From an uncultured virus (IMG/VR IMGVR_UViG_3300047383_000862) (Duplodnaviria; Heunggongvirae; Uroviricota; Caudoviricetes), in the IMG/VR virus record IMGVR_UViG_3300047383_000862: DNA of 55,105 nucleotides; one strand, written 5' to 3'. Made by a program: the position numbers and the translations under genes. Position 1 is the first letter of the stretch; each line of letters opens with the position of its first letter. Of this stretch, positions 28,427-40,400 are shown one piece after another. The notes beneath the pieces are model-generated. The model ran no database searches. It saw nothing but the letters and a program-made list of their open reading frames with translations, and was not told where the DNA came from.

Positions 28427-31400
28427 TTAAAAGACTGAGGGTAGTTTATACCCTTTGCTTTCGATTGCGTCAAGCATCTTGTTTCTGAAATAAAGCGTAG
28501 ATTCATTTTCATCTAAGTCATAAGAGAATCCAAACATTTGAGACCAGGGTTCTGTTTCTAGAGTGAAGTTAGAACTTAATCCAGCTACTCCACTTTCTAT
28601 GCCTTGTAGGTAGCTCTTGAAGGCTGGCGTACCTGTTACATGGAAAGAGTGAGCAAAGAATAATACGCCAGCTGGTAAGGCGGAAACATCTGCTTTTAGT
28701 TGAGTAATATCGGCTTGACTCTGTGTGTTGGTAGGATTATTAGAATAGGGCGAAGACTCGTCTTGGAATGCTAAAGATATAATAGCTTTGGCTCCTTCGA
28801 AATCATCTCCTGTTCCTACCCCTAACCCTCCTGTTCCATAAGCATTTCTTATATATTCCCAGTGTCTTTCACTGCCGTTCGCAAGGAATTTAACTTTTTT
28901 ATCATACTCATCTCTTCCGTTAGTAGCAGGATTTGTGTTTCCAGAAAATTCTGTTCCAGCTGTTGCATAAAAATCTTGTAAAATTGCTCTGAGTGATTCT
29001 GGGTTTCGTTCAGTAGTACTTCCAGATTTAAAGTATCCTCCAGAAAGGGCAGCTAATATTTCAGGCTCTGCACCACTCATTGAGCCTGAGGAGTCAAAAG
29101 TCACTAGTATGAATGTGTCTCTATTAAATTGAACTAAGGGAGTTTTTCTAATCGCTAGCCTAAAACCAACAGCCCTACTTTTAGCAATAGATTCTGCTTT
29201 AGATCTATATCCAAACTTTAATTTATCGCTTTCACTGTTCCATGCTCCGCCTCTAATAATTTTTTCTACGTCAGAAGCAAAAGAAAAAGGATTAACTACA
29301 GAATTTGGAGGGTATTCTTCTGCAACTATGACAGGATCGATGGTTGACTCGCCTGGATATTGCTCTTGGGCTGAATCGAGCACCCATTCTGAAACATTTC
29401 CATGTATATCATATATTCCTGAATTATTAGGGCTATAACCTGTTACATCTACCGTTTGATTTTCATCAGCTCCATCGTTTTGTCCTTCATCCCAATTGTA
29501 ATTGGCGTCTGAAGATGAGATGCTATTACCCCAGTGGTAGTAACCTGTAGAGCCAGCTCTTCCAGCAAATTCCCATTCTGCTTCAGATGGTAAGCTAAAG
29601 CTCCATCCCACAGGTATCAATCCTGTAAATTCTGTATTCATTATGCCTATAAACTTTTCAGTATCAAACCAAGAGACTGTTTCAACTGGTAAATTCGGAC
29701 CTGTGAATGTGCTTGGGTTTGTTGCAAGATTTATTGAATTGTTGCGAGCGATAAGTTCATATTGAGCTTGAGTCACTTCTGTTTTAGCTAGATAAAATTC
29801 TTCTGTTATAAAAACTTCTTGAGTTTCTTCGCTTCCGAGACAGTCTATGCATCCAGTAGTCATATTAGCTTCAAAGCTGCCAGTCTCTATTAAAACAAAT
29901 TCAATATCAGTTCCACCATAAGAGGCGTCAACGGTAGATAAATCGAGCACAATGTCATCAAATATAATTTCATTACTTGGGGACGATCCGTCGCCAAAGC
30001 CGTTTTCTACAATTTCACTTTTTATTGATGAGCCATCTGAAGTATTTATTATACCATCCCTGAAATATAAAATGTTGCTATTAACGTTATTCAGTTTAAT
30101 TGCTGGAGATAAATCGCTTACTGTGCTGAATGTAATTTCGACATTATAATTGTAATCAGTATTTAATTTTGCTTGATTTTTATTTATGATTTCATAAGCA
30201 CCAAATAAAACATGAATACCAATTTCCGTAGTCACCTCACTAAGATACCAAGCAATGAATCTTTCAACGAACGTTTCATCATTAGAGTCGTCTATTTTTA
30301 TTTGATAAGCAGGAGGGCTATTTCTGACTTTATTTAGAGAAAACTCATTTACTGCAGATCCGTCTACACCTATCTCTGTGTAAACTGAGGAGGATTCTGG
30401 GTTCATTGCGATATTTAATCCAGGATAGCTTAATTCAACTATTTTTTCTTGCGGAAGCTCGGCGCTAGACCCATTATTGAAAGATACTCTTATTCTTAAT
30501 AAGTCTCCTTCTTGTATTTCAGAGGAAACAAAATTATCAACAAGTGAAGTTGAATTTACTATATCGTTGTAAAGTTCATAATAACGAGTCAAGTTAAAAA
30601 CTTGAACTCTCGAGCCTGGAGTAATATTCGAGATTGTATATTCTAAATTTAGATCACAGTTAATACCCCAGTCTGGCTCTTTAAACATGATGTATGATAC
30701 ATTATCTTTGGTAATCTCGTGTTCGAGTGTTGTCTGGTTTGCAAAAGAAAAACGACTTGGTCTGGATGTTCCTTCTGTGCACCAATCTGATAAGTCTATT
30801 GTATGCAGTAATGCAGTGTTGAATGAGCCTATTGTAGCTATTGGGCCATTCGTGGCGTTTGCTGTATTGTTATAGACTCTAGTAGCTTCTTCGTGGTATG
30901 TTCTGAACCCGTAAAACATATTTGAGAGTTGATAATTTGCGAAACCTTGAACATTTCTTATATCAAAATTGATGTCATTTATTCCTTTAATCCCTTTTAC
31001 TGAAATAAAATAAAACATATAACGCCAATCTATGGTCGAATAGGTGGATTTTCTAAATCCTCCCATATTGAGAGGGCTTATATCTAATATATAATCTTGG
31101 TTTGAAAGGTCTTCTAAATTATCGTTATAAAAGAAATTTCCATTGGTTGTATATCTATGCGAGTATTCTTGACTTAAAAAATCATCACGTGACGCATAAT
31201 TTGGATTTACTGCCGTATTATAATCACTTTGATTTTCATTTAAAGATGTAAGTCTTCCGTAAATAAAAGATACGGTGCTCCCTAAAGAAGGGAATGCGCT
31301 ATAAAATAACCCAGAAACAAAGAAAAGGTCAGAAGTGTCTCCTTTTGATAAATTCGCTATTAAAGAGTTGATTTTGTCAATTTTTTCTTTAATGTTATTA

Positions 31401-34400
31401 TGGTGGACCGATTCGCTAGGACTTACTCCCTCAGTAGTTTGCCTAAAAGCATTACTTATGTTTATTAAATTAGTATCACTGCTAGTTTTGAATAAATTTG
31501 AATAAGTAGGAATTGTTACGATATTAATGTTAGTGTTTTCGAATATTCCTTGAATATTCGTGACATTTTTAAAACTTAGAGAAGATAAATCTAATGCAGA
31601 AGGTATTGCTGTTTGCGAACTATGATCTTTGATCTCAGAGAACATATAACTCATCGTGCGCGCGCTAGACGTATCCATATTAGATAGAACTAGAGGATTT
31701 AAACTTAAGTCCCAATAGTTAAACATATATGAGAGGTCAAGACCTTTAGATGTATTTAGCGTCGATAAGTCTAAATTTTCGAGCATTGCTTTTGAAAAGG
31801 CTCTATGAAAAAATACGACTGAGCTTGTGTTTAGTTTTGAAAAGTTGGTTGAATTTGTTTTAATTGCCCCACCGAGTATTTGCCCAGGCGAATATTCTTC
31901 ATACGACCAATGTTCGTTGATATTTCTAGAGGATGCAGAATTAAATAGGTTAGTTATATCTCTAGTCGCCGATAAACTTTCTAAAAAATTATCGGAAATA
32001 TTTAATTCATTTGCTCTAAGGTCTTCAAATAGATTGTCGCAAGAAGGTGAAAGGGCTATCTCGAAAGATCCGTACAGAGGGTTAGGGTTATTCGACGTGC
32101 CAATATTCTGTATATCCTCATAATTAGGGTCATTCATGAAATTTAAAATTTCATCTTGAGTATAAAATAATTTAGAACTTGCGTTTTGCATTAACTGTTT
32201 AATGAATCCTACTGAGCTGCCCACTAAATTTGAATTTATAAATTTTTTAGAATGATTGCTTATTTTGAAATTTTCGGGTATGGTTAAGGTATTTATAGAT
32301 AAATTATTAAACATGTCTGATACTCCCCCTCTTAATCTACCTCTAAAACTAAAAAAAAGTTGACTGTAGGGATCGGCTAGAAAATTAAAATTTCGACTGT
32401 AAATTTCTTCATCTCCTTCGTAAGCTTTTTCGAATTCATTAAATAGTCGATCAGTATAATCAAGTGGATGATCTGACTCGTTAATTTTTTCGAAATAATA
32501 TAGATTAGCTGACTCTTTCGCTTTTAAGAAAAATGGACTTAATGCTATATTAGTCGTTGGTGGCTGTTGCATAACGGAGGAGGAGACGCTAAGTCTCGGT
32601 AAGTATTTATCGCCAAAAAACTCACGGTAAGTCGTATTTATAGCGGGAGTCATACTGTAACTACTATAGTTATAGTGGCTGGTTTCACAGGCATTGGAAA
32701 TATCGAAACTTGTTAGGTCTATAGAATCTAAACCTTCTGAGTTGTCCCATTTGCCATTGATGTAGGCATCGTATTCTGCTTGCGTAGGCATAGTTGATTG
32801 AGCTTCTGTGAAGAAGTTGTCTCTTAGGAAATCAAAATATAAATAAGCTGATGGACTTTCGTATGGTTGTGACATGTCGTATGTCGCGAATGATCCAAAA
32901 AAGAGAGAATACCAACTTAGGTAAGTTATATCTTGGTAAACATTTAATGTAAAATCAGAGCTTGGAGGAATTATATTGTTAGAATTATCTCTTATATAAT
33001 TATTCATGAAATATGTATAAATTCCTCTAGCATGACGATAAAGATGATCGGGCTGGCGATTTGATACTGTACCAGAACTGCCTTCTGGGCCATATGGTTC
33101 GTATATAAATTCCCATACAGGATAAGCTCCCCCTACCCCTTCAAACATTTGCGAAAAATCAATCCCCAATTTAGTTGAAAAATTATTTAAGTTTAATTCA
33201 TTTATTGAATTGCATTCATAAAATGCCTGTGCAAAAGATAAGCAATTTTCTGGATTTAATTTAGAGAGATTAATGGATTCAATGGAGTGGCAATTCGAAA
33301 AAACATAACGCATTGTATACAGTTTATCACCTATCCAATTGCTACTGTTTATAGATTGTAGGAAATAACAATTATAAAACATAAATGAAATGTCGATGGT
33401 TGCGTTGTCTTCGCTTAAAAATGTATCGTCAAAATATATATTTTTAATATGATAACAATCTCTAAAAACAGAATCCGCTGACTCTACAGACTTTAAATTA
33501 AACCCTCTTAAATCTATGAAGTCTCTCAATCTTCTGCAAATATTAAAAGAATTTGAAATATTATTAATTTTATTTTTGAAATTTGGGTTTTTTAAGAACC
33601 TAACGCTTTCAATATTTTCATTCATTATAAAAACACTTTTTAAAGAAATTTCAGAATCTATTTCTCTATCATAAAAATTAAAGAAAAAAGATTTATGCTC
33701 TGGGATAACATCAAATGCTTCACTTTGTAAAACTGATAAAGCAGTGTCAATGCTTTCATCTGGGATGGTTGAGCTTGAGGAATTTTTACTCCACGCAATT
33801 ATATCATTTGCTTGGCCAGCGTTAATTGCGGAATATAATCGCTTGGGCGAACCTAAACTTTCAACTCCTAGGGAACTGTAAAATAAAGACGTTGCAGTAT
33901 TTATAGCAGGAAGATCTAAGGGATCGTCAAGATCGAAATATATAGACATAAGTTCTTCTATTTCTTGTGTCGTCTCAACTTCAAACATTTGTCTAATTTC
34001 TACATAATATGTTGAAGATCCAAAGATCCTGAAATTTTGCTGCATTGCTTTAACGTCACTTATAAAATTAGATAAATAATCGGAAAAGACTGAAGAAAAC
34101 ATCTGTTCTAAGTTTACCGCACTCTTATAATTGAATGCTAAGGAATCAAAAATTTTGTCATCAATTATGCCAAAAACATCATTTGATGATGAGAGCTCAG
34201 GAGTCGGGAGTAGTTTGCCGCCAAAATGATTTAACATCAGGCAATTTTGGAACATTGAACTAAAATCTCTACATTCTCTAGTATCAAAGAAGCCATTAAC
34301 ATTGTAAATTTGTATTTCTCTTTCTTTTCTAGTTCGAACTACTGCATCAGATGACTGTATTGATATTGTGTTGTCTCCTGAGTAATCCATATCTATCGAA

Positions 34401-37400
34401 ACTTCTTTTGTGGAAGAAATTATGTGAGATTCTGAATGTTGCTCGATCCATTCACTATTAATTTCTTTAAAAATTCTAAAGTTTCTTTTATTTATTCCTC
34501 CAGTAATTATTATGTTTCCGACCTTGTTGATAGAAACTAAACCTTCTTTAGCTAATGACTCGTGCCCATTTATGGTGGTGCCTACTTGAGTCCATTCAGT
34601 GCCGTTGTAATCAAAAATTTTAACTAAGCCAGAGTCTTCTCCAACCTCTGTATTGCTATGAGTAGCGCCGACAATAACCCTGTTGCCATTAAAATTTATG
34701 TCATTGTAGCCAAACCTATTATCGTCTGCATCTGTGTAAGATTTTACAATATCAGATCTGTCTTGAGGTCTTAAAAACTGATCTAGTTCAATACCTGAGT
34801 TTGTTTCACTATCATAAGGAACTGTAATTCTGGCAGAGATATTTTCAACTGAATTATTGATCCAATTTACAAATTGTTCAACATAGGGGCCTTGACCTTC
34901 TCCAGAATAAGTAGAATTGTATGTTCCTTGCAATGTTCCAGGAGGAGATCGGTTTTCAAACGATGTCGCTGCTGTAGTTGTCGCGCTAAATCCACTCTGA
35001 TTATTTATAAAATTAACCAAACTTATCACAGAGGGATCTTTGCCCATGCTTAAATACGTTGAACCTCCACCTGTAGTCCAGACTCTAAAAGTCTGATTAG
35101 ATGAAAACCTTGGGTATGTTAGGGTTACTGTATTATTGTCAATATCATGATCGAAGGTTGCTGGGGTTCCTGCTGCAGTAAATGTTAGTGTGAAAGTGGT
35201 GTTTACGTTCAGTCCAGCCCCAGAAACTGTAATGGTACCTCCACGCTGATAGACATAATTTGGTCCCCACCATTGTGGGCCGCTCTCTCTTCTTTGAACA
35301 GGTATTGTAAAGAAAAAGTCTTCACTAACATCTGCCGCAGAAAAATCTACATTGATTGCTAAATCTAATCCTCCATTACTTAAGACTGCCTCACTTGCAT
35401 TTTGATAAAAATTCAAAGAAAAATTTTCTACATTTAAATATTCTTCTGTTAAGTCTAATTCAATGACTCTCGCTGGATCTTCGGAAGCTCCGCCGTCAGT
35501 TGTAGCAATATTAGCAACTGTTTTTGTTAATACGGGGCTAGTGTCGGGCCCTGTAATTGTTGAGCCTAATTTAATCCATGTGCTTGAATCAAATTCAAAA
35601 ACCTCGACTTTGCCGACATTATTAGCCGAGTCTGTATTATATTCTGGATCTCCTATTGAAATGATGCTTCCATTATTATTTAAATTTATTGATTGTCCAG
35701 CGGATATAGTTTCACCTAACTGCACCCAGTTTGAATCTTCCAGAGAAAAGATTTTTGTGCCTTTAGTAAGGGTGATGGGCGAAATGTAGGCTGTCTGCCC
35801 TGATTCACTTTGCTCTAATCCTGAGTTATTTAAGTTTACGGCGCTGGATGCTTCTGCGCTAATGCCTGGCTGAAGGTTGAGCCAGTTTATTATATCGATT
35901 ATGTAAGGGTAGTAGACGCCATAGTTATTATATGGGAAGTTTAAAGTTAAGGTAGTGTCATTTTGCGTTATTGTTGGATCTGTTTCGGGCGCAGAAAATT
36001 CAATAACAAAGGTTGTGTATGAAGAATATGTCTCAGATAAATATAAAGTTAAAAATCCGCCTGGTTGATTGGCGAATGTTAGTACTTGGAATTCGACTTG
36101 GTGCGATGCGTTTCGAGTTAATGGATCTCCCTCTGTGGATATTGCAACTATATTACCATCTTTACTTATCGATACATCTGCTCCGAAGGTATCATTTGAA
36201 CTTTCTTCAGATACTATAGTGTCGCCTAACTGACCCCAGGAACCGCCACTCCATTCAAATATTTGAACATAACCTGAGCCTGTGGAGCCAGAATCTGGAA
36301 AATCTGATACAATAATTCTTTCTCCATTTTCATCGATTTCGATTGCATGACCAAATTTATTATAAGAATTTGATGGAGCATTAATTGTTTCACCTCTTTG
36401 ATTCCATTGATCTAGTGCCGCATCATATTCAAAAACTTTAACTCCTGCTCCTCCGATTGACTCTGCGTAAACATTCCCTTTCCCATTTATTTTTACATTA
36501 CCCTTGCCGCTGGAGCCAAAAGATGCCCCAAAATCAATAGACTCTGCAGGAACTGCAGCATTATCCCAGTATTCTTGTATATTATGTCTATCTGTGGCAA
36601 TAACTCCATTTCTGTAGTTATTAGTATGATACTCTAGCCCTATTCTAATTTCACGCAATGTTCGACAATTTGAAAATGCCTTACTCAAGTTTTTGGCTTT
36701 GTTTGTAGATAAACCGCTAAAAACTAATTTTCTAATTCTCTCACAATTGTTGAAAGCTAGTGATAGGCTGCGTAAATTTTTAGTATTGCAAGTTTGTAAA
36801 TGAAGATTATTTTCAATAATCCAGTCCATTTCTTCGGCTTCATTCATTCCATCAAGCTCTCCATCGGCTTTTTTAGCTAAATATATAATTTTAGGATTAT
36901 TTTCTGCGTGAGTAGAGAAGCCTTCAACTTTTGATAAGCTTCTACAATTTTGAGCAAACTGAGCTAAGTTTATTATGTTTGTAAACCTAGGTATTGATAT
37001 ATTTGTTATTACATAGCAGTTTTGAAATGTAGAGCTCGCATCCACGCAGTGATCAAGGTTAAAAAATGAAAATCCATCTATAAATGACTTATGATTTTCA
37101 AACTGAGCGTACTGCCCTGCGAAAGTCTGAATGCCTAAATTTTCTAAAAATAAGCAATCTTGAAACATGCTACGCGTACTGTAAGCTAAACTTTCAGTAG
37201 GTTTTATTGGTGTAGCCTCAGGAAATTCTACGAATCTTAAAAATTCTGAATTATAAAAAAAATAACTTAAATCAAATTTTCGAGTAAAGTTTAAATTTCT
37301 AATTTTAATTTTTTCGACATTAGAAGCGTAGAACATATTTTTTGATGCGCAACACAAATCTAATTCAAAGCAATTTAAATTCAATTCTGTATTTAAAAAA

Positions 37401-40400
37401 CAATCTAAATTACCTAGCTCTTCATACTCATAATTTATTTGGTTTAGAACAGTTGCAGCGTATCTAGAATATAACTCAGGTGTTCGAGTTGCAACAAGAT
37501 AATCTGTTCCATTTTTATTTTTAGTTGGAGTATTATCTATCGTGATGTGCCTGGTGGGTTGGTGCACATCGGTAGTAGTTAATGTTTGTGATGAAATTAT
37601 AATGTTGCGAAAACATTCTCTGGCGCTTCTTATTTTTTTGGTATAAAAAGTTGAATTCATTATGCCATTAAAATAGGTTATATATGAATTGTTTGGCAGA
37701 TATGAATCGGGCTCTACATCATCAAAATCATTCGAAGAGCCATAATGTCTTGGCGGAGTTATGGTATTGATATCTTCGGATAAAAATTTTAATTGACATT
37801 GATAGAATTTAGAATCTTCAAACATCTTGTCAATTATTTGAAGATTCCAAGTGTTCCAGTTCGAGAGATTTAAATCACTAGTACCTGTGAAGTGGGACAT
37901 TCTGAAACACTTTTCAGCTGTAATTAAGTTTTCGAAAGATAATGAGCTTAAAAAATTCTTAATATTATCATTAATGGCGTCGTTTCTGATTATATTGGCG
38001 AATGCATCATGTAAAGTAATTACATTTTTAGTATTAAAGTTTATTTTTTCAATTTCATTACAAGCTCCTAAATTGTTGAAAAAAGACCTTAAGCTAATTA
38101 ATTGATCTGTTTCACAATCTAATGTTAATTTATTTATAAAGGATTGCGTGGGAGAGTCGCTCGTGTAGCCAAATGACAAGTGTTGCAGAAAGGAATCTTG
38201 ATCGGCTTTTATTTTAATATCGGGAGGCGTTGATGAATTTGAAGATTTTATTGAAAGTGAAACTGTCTTGAGCCTAATCTTACATGGCTTATTGTTTTGG
38301 TTAGAGGATGTATAGATCCTGAAGATTCGATGAGTATTATTCGCAATAGAAAAATCTGGAGGATCTACTGAGTATGGGTTACTATCAGCGATATATTTTA
38401 AGTTATCTAAAACTTTTTTACAGGCAGCAAGCTCGGTATTTTCAATTATTGATGATTCAAAATAGGTGGAAGAGTTAGGTTGTTCTGAATCGAATTTATT
38501 ATTAGTTAAGTGGATTCTAAGTTCTGTTGGGTTGTCATAGTAATATGACGGGTTATCGGATTCTTCAAAGGCGTTAATGTAGCCTGAAACATATTGATCA
38601 TAACTTTGGGGATTTGATGAGTTAGCGCTTAATGTTTCACTATCTAGATAAGAATGCTCTGAGTTTGTAGAGGTTATAGGGTTTAAGGCACTCCTATAAC
38701 TTAAGTTGTCGGAATCATAAAAATCATAAAGAGGATGTGAGTATCGAGATGTTCTTGGGGTATTAAAACTTGATTCCGTCCTTAAACTATTTGAATTTAT
38801 GAGATAAGTGAAAACGCCATTATTGGTTGGAAGAGGGAAAATTTCTGATTCTCCTTCTGATTCAAACTCTATCCATGTAGAATTCGGTAAAAATATAGTC
38901 TCAATATCAATGTAGTTATTTGATCTAGGGGTAAATTCTATCTCTGTATGACCATCTAAATTAACTATTTCCACCGTATGGGTTGTTGATGTTATGTTCT
39001 CTTGATAATCTGTGGCTGAAATTACAAAACTAAAAGAGCTTACCCCTTCTGAGACATCTTCTGCTAGTTCAATATATCCTGAAGAGGTAATAGAGATACT
39101 GGCGTCTGTACTTGAAAAAATTGACCAGTCTACAGCTTCGGTTGTTGTTACTCGGCCTAATTGTTTCCCCGCGGATTTATTTCCTGAAGAGATATACTTT
39201 GTTAGGTTGGAGGTGTCAATAATTGCGATGATGTTATCTATTTGAACATAACTTATAAAACTAACCGTTTCACTTAGATCAGAGTCTTCATCTTCGACTA
39301 ATATTGTAAATGTATACGCTTCTGTTTCTCTATCCGCTGGTGATGTTAACGAAATATAACCATCTGAATTTATAGTAAAGTCATCACTATCTACAATAGA
39401 GAAAATTGGATTCTGTAAATCACATTTAAGTCTGCCAAGAGATGTGGTGCCTTCTCCGATAGTTTGATTTAATTCTTTAAGATCAAAAAGTATTGAAGGG
39501 GTTTCATCATCATATATATAATCTACTGGATAGCCTGGATGTATTGAATTATACTTGCATGAAAAATATTCCAATATATTAGGATCTGAATAGTTTTTGT
39601 TTAAAAGTACTTCAGATAACAAGCCGTTAAAAGTAATAAGCTCATTGTTAAAGTCATAATAAAATTTACCTAAAGATAAAGGGGTTTTAGCAAAATTAGT
39701 TTGTAGCCCTGTTTTGTGTAAAACTCTGGGACTGGATGAAAGTCTGGAATTATTAATTGTTATAAATAACTTTTCTTTATGCACGTTCCATTCAAGAGAA
39801 ACTACGTTAATATTTCTAATGAAATTTTCTTCTTTTAAAATTAATTCTTCTCCATTAACTAAAAGTTTTAGTTCGCCAAGGTACTCTTGACCTGGAGTAT
39901 CTTTCCAAAGTATCGATAAACCTTCAGATTCGGAATTTGAGAAATCAATGATGGGAGCAAAATCATTGTTTTGGCCTAAGCTTTGGAAGCAGAAATAAAG
40001 AGTAAAGCTACTGACGAAATCTAACTCAAAATTAGAATCTAAAAAAGATAAATTATCTTTATCAAATTCGATGCTTGGTAGGCTGTTTATGCCAGAAATT
40101 TTATATGTAGGTCTATTGCCAGACATGTTAAAAAGTAGGTTATCCCCTCCAGTTATTTTGCCTAAAAATATTTCAGATCCATCATCGATTGACTCTAATT
40201 TTTTTCTGCCTTCGACGATAGAAAATGCTGACGAAGAAGATAAGTTTTTATTACCATTAACATCGTTTATTGAGCCTTCGCTAAAATCAAACCAAGCGAT
40301 TAAGTCTCTATTAAAGTTTGTATTATTTTCGTCATATGTTATTCCAACTCCTGAGTTCCAGAAATTTTGAACATCTATGAATGAAAAAGTTCTATGGGAG

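Noticed and set aside
29150..29910. FGE-sulfatase (CLec-fold) domain as a DGR target
   Set aside because: No reverse transcriptase or template repeat seen, and the domain is not C-terminal.
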